From assembly GCA_014729135.1 (NCBI GenBank), contig WJKK01000001.1, positions 593 through 64,592 on the forward strand: DNA of 64,000 nt. Direction: 5' to 3'. The notes beneath the pieces are model-generated. The model was not told where the DNA came from. It searched no databases and saw only the letters and a list, made by a program, of their open reading frames with translations. The DNA comes from a candidate division WWE3 bacterium (lineage in GTDB: Bacteria > Patescibacteriota > WWE3 > UBA101185 > UBA10185). Shown here piece after piece: positions 28,882-38,442 of this stretch. Made by a program: the position numbers and the translations under genes. Position 1 is the stretch's first letter. Every line of letters begins with the position of its first letter.

Positions 28882-28969
28882 TCACAAGTTGAGTACAACT
28901 TGTGAGGCAACAAACAAATGTTCGCACTCACTCGCATTTGCTTGGCCCAGAAACATTCGCGAAGCGAAT
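28882..28969. repeat. tRNA-trailer repeat element (copy near tRNA-Ser)
   Basis: TCACAAGTTG-agtac-AACTTGTGA hairpin plus 'GGCAACAAACAAATGTTCGCACTCACTCGCATTTGCTTG' and an ATTCGC-gaa-GCGAAT hairpin. This is the reverse complement of 44596-44661 downstream of tRNA-Ala. Confidence 0.65.
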
Positions 28970-28975
28970 AGTTTC

Positions 28976-29063
28976 TGGCGGAGGGGGTGGGATTCGAACC
29001 CACGTGTCCGTTAAGACGCATGGTTTTCAAGACCAGCCAGTTTGACCGCTCCTGCACCCCTCC
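28976..29063 (-). tRNA. tRNA-Ser (anticodon TGA), type II with long variable arm
   Basis: Reverse complement GGAGGGG...CTTGAAA anticodon loop...long variable arm...GTGGG-TTCGAAT-CCCAC-CCCCTCC-G-CCA. Confidence 0.85.
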
Positions 29064-29191
29064 AGACTCTTCTCTCCTAATGCATGTAAAAACTGGCGAC
29101 ACAAGTATAACATTCCTTTAGTAATGAAAAAAAGTTACAGAAGCTACCTGTTAAGCAGTAGAAGCAAAAAGCAGCTGAGCTCACCTAATAC

Positions 29192-29827
29192 CTAATAATG
29201 ATAAACATCCTCATCCGCGCGGCGATAATCCAAAAGCTCCTCCGAAGAAAACCAAATCGAAATCTCCTCCTGCGCCTCCTCCACCGTCCCCGAAGCATGA
29301 ATCAAATTCAACAAAGCACGCTTCTTCTGCATGCTCATGACCGCAGAATCCAGACCATAATCACCCCTAATCGTCCCCGGGGGAGCAGCATCCGGATAAG
29401 TAGAGCCAACCAAAGTCCTTACTTTTTTAACCGCATTAGGACCTTCAAAAACAAAAGCAAACACGGGTCCCTCATCAAACATGGAAAAAAGCCACTCATT
29501 AACCTGACTGCCAATTTCAGTCGGATCCGTGGTTCCAAAAATCTCCATGGGATCCACATCCAGATCCTCACAATCCTTTAAATTGTACTCACCAACCTTT
29601 TTGTGCCAAGCAGCATCCTTTTTGTAGTGCTTCTGAGCAACTCCTCTGTCGGCCTTAATTAGCTTTGCACCAACAATCTTAAGTCCCGTTTGCTCAAAGC
29701 GGTCAATAATTTCGCCGGTGATTCCTCGCTTAACTGCATCTGGCTTCAACAAGATTAGAGTGCGCTGTTTCAAGTTAGTATTAATAAATTTTGCGGGTTT
29801 TGTGTTGCCGGAATTTTGTTTATTCAT
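29192..29827 (-). CDS. ndk: Nucleoside diphosphate kinase (with an internal insertion)
   Basis: 'RTLILLKPDAVKRGITGEIIDRFEQTGLKIVGAKL', 'NLIHASGTVEEAQEEISIWF'. Confidence 0.85.
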   Translation of the reverse strand: MNKQNSGNTKPAKFINTNLKQRTLILLKPDAVKRGITGEIIDRFEQTGLKIVGAKLIKADRGVAQKHYKKDAAWHKKVGEYNLKDCEDLDVDPMEIFGTTDPTEIGSQVNEWLFSMFDEGPVFAFVFEGPNAVKKVRTLVGSTYPDAAPPGTIRGDYGLDSAVMSMQKKRALLNLIHASGTVEEAQEEISIWFSSEELLDYRRADEDVYHY

Positions 29828-29917
29828 GTAATCATTTATAACAAAGGAGCGGAACTAAAACAACTTGGGAGTAATTTTTCAAGAATTTTTTGGGTGGTTT
29901 TTGTAATTTCTTAATAA

Positions 29918-31027
29918 TTACAAAACGACTTCGGTCACGTCGTAATATCCAGAGGCATAGATTTTCAGGATTGCATACCGCGAAGACTGCGGATTTCTTA
30001 AGCTGTTTTTGTTGCTGATTAAAGCACCAATAACTATGTGAGCTAAGCTTTCTCGAACGGGATCTTTGTTAATGCTAAAAAAATGTTGGTCCGCTGCAAT
30101 TATTGCTTGAGCATTTGATTCTTGAATTGTTTTTAAGATTTCTTCTGCTTGTAACCGAACTGTGGAAACTACATCGCCATCCACCTTCCCCATTACACGT
30201 GGATTAGTGGGATGATATAAAGGCTGTGAAAGTATGACAAAGTCTGTGTCTTTGATTTCGGTGCTAAACCATGTCAAGTCTTCTTTGGAGACTTTGGTGT
30301 AGTTGGCACTGTTATCCAAAAGGAGGAACTTGTGTCCCTCACTTTCGTGGACTTGGTTGACATTTCCAAACACTTCAATGAAACCGGAGCGTCCTGACAA
30401 GTCACCTCTTGTCACAGATTGAGCTAAATCATGATCTCCCGGCAATACTAGAAACTTTATGTCACTTGATTCCAAAATTTGCCTACCTTTCTGCAAGTCT
30501 TCAATACTGCCGTATTGTGTCAAATCTCCAAGGAAAAACGCTGTTTCTACTCCCAAATCTTCCAAACCTTTTACTGCTTTTTCTAAATTTTCCCAGTCTC
30601 CTTCAGAGTCAGCCAACAAACCAATTTTTAAAACAACGTCTTCTTCGTTGCCTAAAACTTTACGTAGTTTTCCAACAGATATACCGGGAGAGTTACCAGC
30701 GGTTTTATCAGCATCATTAGATTCTCCGGAACCGGAAGCGGAATCACTTGAAGGATCCACAGCTAAGATCTCTTCCACACCGTGCTCATTTTTTAAGCCT
30801 TCTAGCACGTCTGACATTTCTGAAAGACCTAGAAAAAGTAAGACAAAAGATCCGCTGAGAATAACAACGGCAATAATTCCGGTGAAGACGCGTCCAAAAA
30901 TACCGCTCCCCTTTCTTCTTTTGGCACTTCTTGAAGATTTTCTCCTGGAATAACTTCGCTTTTTAGTTGACCGCCCTCTTTTCGACTTTCTTCCTCGACG
31001 AGTTTTCCTCCTTCGACGAGCACACAT
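29918..31027 (-). CDS. Calcineurin-like metallophosphoesterase, with an Arg/Lys-rich N-terminal tail plus transmembrane helix (true start uncertain)
   Basis: 'FFLGDLTQYG', 'LVLPGDHD' and 'HIVIGA' phosphoesterase motifs. Confidence 0.65.
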   Translation of the reverse strand: MCARRRRKTRRGRKSKRGRSTKKRSYSRRKSSRSAKRRKGSGIFGRVFTGIIAVVILSGSFVLLFLGLSEMSDVLEGLKNEHGVEEILAVDPSSDSASGSGESNDADKTAGNSPGISVGKLRKVLGNEEDVVLKIGLLADSEGDWENLEKAVKGLEDLGVETAFFLGDLTQYGSIEDLQKGRQILESSDIKFLVLPGDHDLAQSVTRGDLSGRSGFIEVFGNVNQVHESEGHKFLLLDNSANYTKVSKEDLTWFSTEIKDTDFVILSQPLYHPTNPRVMGKVDGDVVSTVRLQAEEILKTIQESNAQAIIAADQHFFSINKDPVRESLAHIVIGALISNKNSLRNPQSSRYAILKIYASGYYDVTEVVL

Positions 31028-31032
31028 ATCGG

Positions 31033-33021
31033 CTACATCCTTTCTACTGTCTCAATACCTAGCAAATCCAGACCAACCTTCAAAACCACACCTACTGCAT
31101 TAGAAAGACAAAGCCTGAAGTTTCGTAACTCTACATTTTCAGCTTTTAAGATTGGCGCTCTAGCATAGAAACTGTTAAACAAACCGGCAAGCTCATGCAG
31201 ATAGGTACACAGATAACTTGGCATTAATTCCGTAGAAGATTTTCTCACTATTTCATTAAAATGAGTCAACTTTCGCAATAACAACGTTTCTTCTTCCTGC
31301 AAAGCACCGTCAAGATTTTCCAAGCTAAAATCATCCCACTTAAAATCAACCTGCTCAAGAATTGAAAACACCCTCACAAAAGTATATTGCAAATAAGGGC
31401 CCGTATTTCCGGTTAATTCCAAGGATTTAGTGCGATCATACACAATGTCCTTCCCTACTTGTTGCTTCAAGAGAGCATACTTTAAAGCACCTACAGCAAT
31501 TTTACGGGCAGTATCTCTTTTTTCCTCCTCCGAGAAATGCTCTGGGTTAGTTGCAGCTGTTTTTTCATAAGCCATTCCTGCCAATTGATACACAAGATCA
31601 TCAGCTGCTACAACATTTCCTGTTCGGGAGGACATCTTTCCTTCAGTTAGGCGCAACATGCCATGAGAAACATGATGGGTTTTTTCAGCCAACTCTGGGG
31701 CAATCCGGTTAAGCGCTGTTAAAACCACATCAAAATAGGCATCAATTTCATTTCCGGTGACAATATATGAAAGATCGTAAGCATAGTCCTCCTGCTTAAC
31801 AAAAGCCAATCCCAGATCCTTTGCTTCATACGTTGGAAGCCCTTGTGAATTAATAAACACACGCGTATGTAAACCATAGTCCTCACCTTTGAAAATCACA
31901 GCCCCCTTGTCCTTTTCAAACACACCTTGTCGCAAATATTCCTGAACAATCTTAAAACCATACTCCCCTGTTTCACTTTCAAAGTAATAAAAATCAAAAT
32001 CAGTTCCTAGAAGTTCGTAAACAGTTTCAAAATACTCTAGGCTCCATTCTCTTCCCGCCTGAAATAATTCCTTAACCTTGCTATGGGTTTCTTCGGGGTT
32101 AGTAAGCTTAGACAGATGCTGGCGATAATCCACTTGAGGTTCCCACCCTTTAGACTCCTGCAAGTTTTCCTGAGCGGATAAAAAGACTAAATAATTGTAG
32201 TTTTTAATTTTTTCTGCTGCCGAAGGATCCTCTTTATAAGCCGTGGCTCCGAGCGAATAACACTCCCCTAAAAAAGTAACTTGCTTTTTCGAGGACCAAG
32301 TGCTGATCTCGCCCAAAGTCAAACCGGTCTCTTCCAGCTTTTTTTCCATGCCCCAAATGGATTTAGCCACATGCATTCCCGCATCTCCCTGATAACTGGC
32401 ACGCTTAACTTCCCCACCGCAATATTCAAACAAACGCGTAAAAGATTCGCCAATTGCATTAGGCATAAGATGGCCAATGTGAAAGAGCTTAAAAGGGTTA
32501 GGATCTGTATACTCCACCGTGATCTTTTTCCCGGCTAAAAGCATATCAGAAAGCTCAATTTCCTCTCTCCTATAGTTTGCATGGTTTTTAGAGATTTCAT
32601 TGAGTACAATTTGTAACCAATTATTGGACATCTTGAAGTTAAGAAAACCGGGACCTGCCACACTAACAGACCATGTTTTTAAGGCCTCCGGAGATTTGTC
32701 AGCCAACTCATTCATCCTATAAGCAACTTTTTTAGCAATCTCATGTGGATTCTGCTTAAGCTGTCCTGACAACTGCAGACATAAATTAGAGGTATAATCA
32801 CCCCATTGAGAGTCATCCGGAACCGTAACTTCAAAACCGGAGAATTCAAGATCATAAAGGTCTTTAACGGCACTTATTAAGGATTCCTTAATAATCGAGG
32901 GTACATCTTTTTTTAAACCGGAAACTGTCGAATCCCCAGTCTTTCCCTTTTGTGGATGGGTTTTTGAATCACGGAATTGTGTTTTTTTAGCACTTTGTGA
33001 AATACGGCCACGGTTACTCAT
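31033..33021 (-). CDS. argS: Arginine--tRNA ligase
   Basis: Class I 'FHIGHL' motif with ArgS N-terminal domain architecture. 8-bp overlap with the downstream MBL-domain gene. Confidence 0.85.
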   Translation of the reverse strand: MSNRGRISQSAKKTQFRDSKTHPQKGKTGDSTVSGLKKDVPSIIKESLISAVKDLYDLEFSGFEVTVPDDSQWGDYTSNLCLQLSGQLKQNPHEIAKKVAYRMNELADKSPEALKTWSVSVAGPGFLNFKMSNNWLQIVLNEISKNHANYRREEIELSDMLLAGKKITVEYTDPNPFKLFHIGHLMPNAIGESFTRLFEYCGGEVKRASYQGDAGMHVAKSIWGMEKKLEETGLTLGEISTWSSKKQVTFLGECYSLGATAYKEDPSAAEKIKNYNYLVFLSAQENLQESKGWEPQVDYRQHLSKLTNPEETHSKVKELFQAGREWSLEYFETVYELLGTDFDFYYFESETGEYGFKIVQEYLRQGVFEKDKGAVIFKGEDYGLHTRVFINSQGLPTYEAKDLGLAFVKQEDYAYDLSYIVTGNEIDAYFDVVLTALNRIAPELAEKTHHVSHGMLRLTEGKMSSRTGNVVAADDLVYQLAGMAYEKTAATNPEHFSEEEKRDTARKIAVGALKYALLKQQVGKDIVYDRTKSLELTGNTGPYLQYTFVRVFSILEQVDFKWDDFSLENLDGALQEEETLLLRKLTHFNEIVRKSSTELMPSYLCTYLHELAGLFNSFYARAPILKAENVELRNFRLCLSNAVGVVLKVGLDLLGIETVERM

Positions 33022-33913
33022 ATTGAGTTAAATTGTAACGTATTTTCACAGTTCCGGCCACATCTGTTCTTTTTACTACGGCTTTTTCGCTTTCAAAGAA
33101 CTCTAAAACTTCCGGTGAAGGGTGTCCAAAGTCGTTTTCCTTCCCTACTGAAATAACGGTGACTTCCGGATCTAAGCTTTTCCAGAGAGATTTGTAAAGA
33201 CCGTTTTTTGAGCCGTGATGAGAGGCTTTATACACTTCTAGTGGCTTTTGCAGGATTTGTTGGGGTTTTGATAAAGCCGGTACCCCGCCGGAAAAACCTT
33301 TATCTATAGCAAAGTCGGAATAAATTTCCGAAAGAGCTTCTACCTCGGCATCGCCTGTTAGCAAAGCCTCAAAATCGCCATAGTCCAAAAGCAAAACTAA
33401 AGAAGAGTTGTTAAGGTTGCTAAAACCGTTAGGGATATCCTTTTGATAAGGCCACAATGCGTAAAAAGTAACACCATCTACTTGAAACGCCTCCCCTGAG
33501 ACCAAAGATTCCACCACTAAATCCTGCGAAGAAAACAAACCCTCCGTAAAAGCTAGCCAAGCATCATAAAGCCCGCTATCATAAGAAACCGCATTAAAAA
33601 TCACGCGCTCCACCCGGCAATGTTCCAAAGTTCGCAACAGCCCCTCCAGATGATCAGCATGCGGATGCGTTAAAACCATAACCTCCAATTTGCAGTTGTT
33701 TAAGGGGAAATATGCATCCAAAGCTTGCCCAACCGAATAGCCTTCCCCACCGTCAATAAGAATGTGCTTTTTTTGTGGAGTCGTTATGAGGATTGCATCG
33801 CCTTGCCCAACGTCTAAAAAAGCAAGTTCCAGATATTGCCCGCGGGAGTTGTTGAAGGCCAAAAGCAGCTTAAAGATTGTGACGGCTATTAAAAGAAATG
33901 TTTCTGATTTCAT
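33014..33913 (-). CDS. comEC: ComEC/Rec2 C-terminal metallo-beta-lactamase-fold domain protein (separate ORF with its own N-terminal hydrophobic segment)
   Basis: 'FLDVGQGDAILITTP...ILIDGG...VLTHPHADH' is MBL-fold as in the ComEC C-terminus. Confidence 0.75.
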   Translation of the reverse strand: MKSETFLLIAVTIFKLLLAFNNSRGQYLELAFLDVGQGDAILITTPQKKHILIDGGEGYSVGQALDAYFPLNNCKLEVMVLTHPHADHLEGLLRTLEHCRVERVIFNAVSYDSGLYDAWLAFTEGLFSSQDLVVESLVSGEAFQVDGVTFYALWPYQKDIPNGFSNLNNSSLVLLLDYGDFEALLTGDAEVEALSEIYSDFAIDKGFSGGVPALSKPQQILQKPLEVYKASHHGSKNGLYKSLWKSLDPEVTVISVGKENDFGHPSPEVLEFFESEKAVVKRTDVAGTVKIRYNLTQYE

Positions 33914-34000
33914 AGTTTGTCCTACTATAGTTGTCTTTCTGCAATCTTCTTTTTTCTATTAACAATTTCCTATTGTAAGGGAGTCTTTTAAGAACGCGCC

Positions 34001-35161
34001 CTAACTTTGCACTAAAACAGGCTCTTCCGACTTTCTCCAAAGCTTAAAGGCAATAACAAACAAGACCAAATAATAAGTAACCAAAAACACAGGCGAAATC
34101 TTTACCTCAATTTGCGCAAAAGGAAATCGTGAGAAAAACGCAACCGTATCAGCAAAAATATCCGCCGGAATATAAACCAAAAACGCCAAGATTTTCGACA
34201 AAAACATAAAATCCCCCACAAAAAATAGCAGCAAAAACACTCCTCCTAAAACCGTGGCTAAAGGCACCGTCCACAAAACAAGCGCATTAACCAGCAAACT
34301 AATTAAACTCACACGACCAAAATAAAACGAAATCAGAGGCCACACCAAAACTTGGGCAGCTACTGTAGCAACAAGATCTTCCTGTAAAAATGCGGGAACA
34401 CGCGTGGCAAAGCCCAAATTTTCAATAGGCGCCGAAAATAAAACCAAACTTAACGTAGCCATAAAGCTCAGCTGAAAGCTTAAACTAAATAAAAACGCCG
34501 GCTGCCATAAAACCATAGCCAAACCCGACACCACCGAAACGCGCAAAGTCGGGAAAGATCTTCCATAGTACTTGCCCAAATAAGCAATTGACCCCATTAT
34601 CCAGGAGCGAATCACCGGAGGATCAAAGCCCGACAAGAAAGCGTAAAACAGAGCCACAATTGCACCAACAATTAAACGCGTCCGATTATAAAAGGAGCCC
34701 AACAGCGCCCAAACTAAGGTGTAAACCAAGCTGATGTTGTAGCCGGAAACTACAACCACGTGAATTGTTCCCGTTTTTAAAAGCATTTCCTTAAATTTTG
34801 GCAATTTATGAAAGTGATCAATTCCTATGGTCATGCCCAATAGCAATTCGCTGGCAGGACTTGGAAGATATTTATGCGCTCGCGTAATTGCTGAGTTTCT
34901 TATTTGGTTAAGGGCTTTTGCAAATTTGGGAAACTTTTCTTCAATTGTTTTTTCGGTTGCTAAGGAGTTTTTGAGTTTTTGTTTTTGGCTTGAGCAAGTG
35001 ATAAAATCGCCATCGCAAAATGTGCGTACTCGCAGGAAGGTAAAAATTATTAGGAGTATTAAGGGGAGTTGCTGGCGCAACAATGAGACCCCTCCCCTAG
35101 TGGTTTCCGTCTTGGTGGAATCGTCTAAATTGTTTAAGTTTTTGCGCAAATTATTAAGCAT
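34001..35161 (-). CDS. comEC: ComEC/Rec2 membrane 'competence' domain protein
   Basis: Polytopic membrane protein. 'LLLGMTIGIDHFHKLPKFKEMLLKTGTIHVVVVSGYNISLVY' matches the ComEC competence-domain core. Confidence 0.7.
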   Translation of the reverse strand: MLNNLRKNLNNLDDSTKTETTRGGVSLLRQQLPLILLIIFTFLRVRTFCDGDFITCSSQKQKLKNSLATEKTIEEKFPKFAKALNQIRNSAITRAHKYLPSPASELLLGMTIGIDHFHKLPKFKEMLLKTGTIHVVVVSGYNISLVYTLVWALLGSFYNRTRLIVGAIVALFYAFLSGFDPPVIRSWIMGSIAYLGKYYGRSFPTLRVSVVSGLAMVLWQPAFLFSLSFQLSFMATLSLVLFSAPIENLGFATRVPAFLQEDLVATVAAQVLVWPLISFYFGRVSLISLLVNALVLWTVPLATVLGGVFLLLFFVGDFMFLSKILAFLVYIPADIFADTVAFFSRFPFAQIEVKISPVFLVTYYLVLFVIAFKLWRKSEEPVLVQS

Positions 35162-35243
35162 ACCTATTCGTTTTCTTGTTCTTGAACAAAGCCTTCAGAC
35201 CTGAAAGCCATGCTTCAAAGCCCTACTAAAGAGCAAGAAGCTA

Positions 35244-35999
35244 TCAAAAACTTATTAAGCCCTTGATTTTCTCCAACGTACTGGCATAAACTCCCGCCTT
35301 CTCCCCCAAATCAGCAAGCTTCGCATAAGGACGGTTTTTGATAATCTTTTCGGCAAAAGCGTCGCCAATTCCGGGCAGCTCTTTTAGTTCTTCAGCGGAG
35401 GCTTCGTTGACGTTTATAAGATCACCGGAGGAATCTGTGGGGGCGCCTGCTGCGCTCGTGTCCTCACCGGAAACATCCCCGGAATCCTTAGAAGTGGCGC
35501 TTTTAGAGCTCTCATTTTTTCCGGAATCCTCTTCTGTATCGTCGGATTCGTCATCACCGGCCTCCTCGCTGGGATCCGCTGCAGCAACAACCGGATCAAA
35601 CTCCAAAGTTTTCAGCTTATACTCGGGAGCCTCCGGCGCAACCTCCCATTCAAACGGAATGTAAATCTTCTGCTGATCTCGCAAGAAAGCGGAAAGATTT
35701 AAATTGTGCGAGAGCCACTTTTGCGACACCTCGCTGGTTGCACCTCCTGAAAGTGAAATTAAATCCGCTAAACGGGATCCTGCATCCAAAGAATAAATCC
35801 CGGGGCGATCCACAGCTCCGGATAAATCCACCGTAATTGAATCGGTTTCTTTAGATTCTTTAGGCACCTTTATCTCCCCCGAAGAGGCGGACAAAGCCTC
35901 TCTGTTGTAAAAGTATAGGTATGTGATTAAACCCGACACTAAGGCAATTGCGCTAACAAAATAATATAAGTTTTGGAATATGAAATCTTTTATGATCAT
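35244..35999 (-). CDS. comEA: ComEA-like DNA receptor (SLBB plus helix-hairpin-helix)
   Basis: N-terminal transmembrane helix. C-terminal 'INVNEASAEELKELPGIGDAFAEKIIKNRPY' is a tandem HhH motif. Confidence 0.8.
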   Translation of the reverse strand: MIIKDFIFQNLYYFVSAIALVSGLITYLYFYNREALSASSGEIKVPKESKETDSITVDLSGAVDRPGIYSLDAGSRLADLISLSGGATSEVSQKWLSHNLNLSAFLRDQQKIYIPFEWEVAPEAPEYKLKTLEFDPVVAAADPSEEAGDDESDDTEEDSGKNESSKSATSKDSGDVSGEDTSAAGAPTDSSGDLINVNEASAEELKELPGIGDAFAEKIIKNRPYAKLADLGEKAGVYASTLEKIKGLISF

Positions 36000-36406
36000 G
36001 ATTTATTTTTAATACATTTCAGTGGAGGTTGCAAGAACCAATATTCTAGTTTAAATAGAATATTGGTCAAAAATGGATGGTTCTTTGATGGATTTCCGCA
36101 TATTTCCCGCAGGTTTTGGAGACATGAATTTTTTTGTGGATAAGTGGATTTCTTGAAATTATTTCCCGCATATTTCCTGCAACAGTGGATTTTTGCCCTT
36201 AACACGAGGACTTTTCGGGAAGAAAGAGACACCCCCTTTTGAGCGAATTTTGAGCGAAGCGAAACCTGAGCGAAAAAGGGGGTGTCCTTTCTGACCTAGC
36301 TCTGTTAAATCTAAAAACAAAAAAGGAGGTGCTAAGCACCTCCCTTTTTCAAAAGGCTAGGCAAAACCTAACCTCTAAAAACTTCACTTAAATCACAAAT
36401 ATAAAA

Positions 36407-36703
36407 TTATTCCTTCAAAGCCTCCTCGATAAGTGACCGAAAAGCAGGATATTCACTGATTGACTTTACCAAAGAAACAAAACGGCGTTCGTTCAAGCGG
36501 TAAAACACCTGACGCCCTTTCTTCTTGTTCTTCAAGAAGCCAAGATCAGCTAAAACCCGCAAGTGGTGAGAAGCCAAGTTCTCCTCCACCCTAAGATTTT
36601 CAGCTACCTGAGAAACGTTCTTCTGTCCGTCACTCAAGAACTTCAAAATTTTTAATCGGTTATTATCCGAAAAAGCCTTTGAGACTTTTGTTAATTTAAC
36701 CAT
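36407..36703 (-). CDS. ArsR/SmtB-family transcriptional regulator
   Basis: 'NRLKILKFLSDGQKNVSQVAENLRVEENLASHHLRVLADLGFL' is a winged-HTH ArsR signature. Confidence 0.8.
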   Translation of the reverse strand: MVKLTKVSKAFSDNNRLKILKFLSDGQKNVSQVAENLRVEENLASHHLRVLADLGFLKNKKKGRQVFYRLNERRFVSLVKSISEYPAFRSLIEEALKE

Positions 36704-36762
36704 GCACCAATACTACAACATAAATTATACAAAGTCCAATCAATATTCGTTGGAATACTCAA

Positions 36763-38442
36763 TTACTTTTTATTCCTGTACTGTAGGGCTTCTGCTACAT
36801 GCGTCTCCTTAATTTTTTGCGAATCCGACAAATCTGCAATAGTTCGCGCCACTTTTAAAACCTTGAAATAAGATCTTGCAGAAAGATTAAAAGTATTTCC
36901 TGCCCTTTGGAGGAGTCTCTCTGCTTGCAAATCCGGCTTACAAAACTTTTTAATATGCTTGTTTTTCATTTCGGCGTTTAAATATATGGACGCCTTTTTT
37001 AGGCGTTCTCCCTGGATTTTGCGGGCACTCACTACTCTTTTGCGTATTTCGTTGGAAGTTTCTATATTTCCTGCAACAGTTTCTTTTGTAGCACCTGCAA
37101 AATCAAGAGAATCCGGACTACACACTCTGCCAATAGCTGCTGTCTTAACTTTGGAGTCTGCAGCCTCTCCCGCAAAACGAAGCTTTTCAGTATCAACGGG
37201 ACGAACACGACAAAATAAATCAATGCGATCCAGAATTGGACCCGACAACTTCTTCTTATAACGCCGGATTTGCCCGGGAGAGCAAGTGCAAGTTTGATTC
37301 GAGCCAAAAAACCCACAAGGACAGGGATTTCCTGCAGCAATTAAAATGAACCTGCAAGGAAACGTGAAACTCCCTAAACTGCGCGATATTGTCACCTTCC
37401 CCTCCTCCAAAGGTTGGCGAAGCATCTCTAAAATTGACCGCGGAAACTCAGGAAACTCATCCATAAAAAGCACGCCCCTATGCGCCAAACTAATCACGCC
37501 CGGCTGCGGAACACTCCCCCCACCAACCATGCCTGCATAAGAAATCGTATGATGAGGCGCTTTAAAAGGCCTTTTGCGAATTAAAGAGCCTCCCGGAGGA
37601 ATGGATCCAACAGCCGAATAGATCTTTGTAACTTCAAGAGATTCATTGTTTGTCAGTGGAGGTAAAATTGACCGAAAAGCCTTGGCTAGAAGGGTCTTTC
37701 CTGCTCCGGGAGGGCCAATCATTAGAAAGTTATGCCCACCTGCAGCTGAAATTTCTAGGGCTCTTTTTATCTTTGCTTGTCCTACAATGTCAGTCATGTC
37801 ATATTCAAATTTTGTTGCTTTTGTTGGAGGGTTTTGGTCTGTCTTGGGATTGTGAATGTACTTGGTAGTGGAATCTTGGGAATCCCCTTCCCCACTGGAA
37901 GAACAGGAAACTGAGAGAGGCCTTTTAACCGAGCCTCCCTTTAAAATTTCAAAAAGATCTACTAAATTTTCTATAGAAAAAACCTCCAAGCCAGGCACTG
38001 CAGAAACCTCGCGGACATTGGATTTAGGCACAAAAACCTTTTTATAACCCTTCTCCTTGGCAAAAAGCGCTAAAAGGAAGGCTCCCTTGGAGTGACGCAA
38101 ACTACCATCAAGTGACAACTCTCCAAAGAAAAGCGCCTTCTTAGGAATTTCCAGACCATGAATAAGCGCCAAAAGCCCTACAGCAATGGGCAAATCGTAA
38201 AAAGACCCGTGTTTAGGCACGTCAGCGGGAGCTAAATTCACTGTTATTCTTTTCTTGGAAGGAAAATCTAAGTCCAAATTCACCAAAGCCGTTTTTATGC
38301 GATGTCTACTTTCAGTAGTGGCCTTATTGGGAAGCCCCACAATATCAAACGAAGGCAAACCCCTACTTGCAATATCAACTTCCACTGTAATGCCTAAACT
38401 TTTCAGGCCAACAGGAGCAACTGAATCGACTTTAACTAACAT
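36763..38442 (-). CDS. comM: YifB/ComM-family Mg-chelatase-like AAA+ ATPase
   Basis: Lon-like N-terminal domain, Walker A 'GPPGAGKT', C-terminal ChlI-like region. Confidence 0.85.
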   Translation of the reverse strand: MLVKVDSVAPVGLKSLGITVEVDIASRGLPSFDIVGLPNKATTESRHRIKTALVNLDLDFPSKKRITVNLAPADVPKHGSFYDLPIAVGLLALIHGLEIPKKALFFGELSLDGSLRHSKGAFLLALFAKEKGYKKVFVPKSNVREVSAVPGLEVFSIENLVDLFEILKGGSVKRPLSVSCSSSGEGDSQDSTTKYIHNPKTDQNPPTKATKFEYDMTDIVGQAKIKRALEISAAGGHNFLMIGPPGAGKTLLAKAFRSILPPLTNNESLEVTKIYSAVGSIPPGGSLIRKRPFKAPHHTISYAGMVGGGSVPQPGVISLAHRGVLFMDEFPEFPRSILEMLRQPLEEGKVTISRSLGSFTFPCRFILIAAGNPCPCGFFGSNQTCTCSPGQIRRYKKKLSGPILDRIDLFCRVRPVDTEKLRFAGEAADSKVKTAAIGRVCSPDSLDFAGATKETVAGNIETSNEIRKRVVSARKIQGERLKKASIYLNAEMKNKHIKKFCKPDLQAERLLQRAGNTFNLSARSYFKVLKVARTIADLSDSQKIKETHVAEALQYRNKK

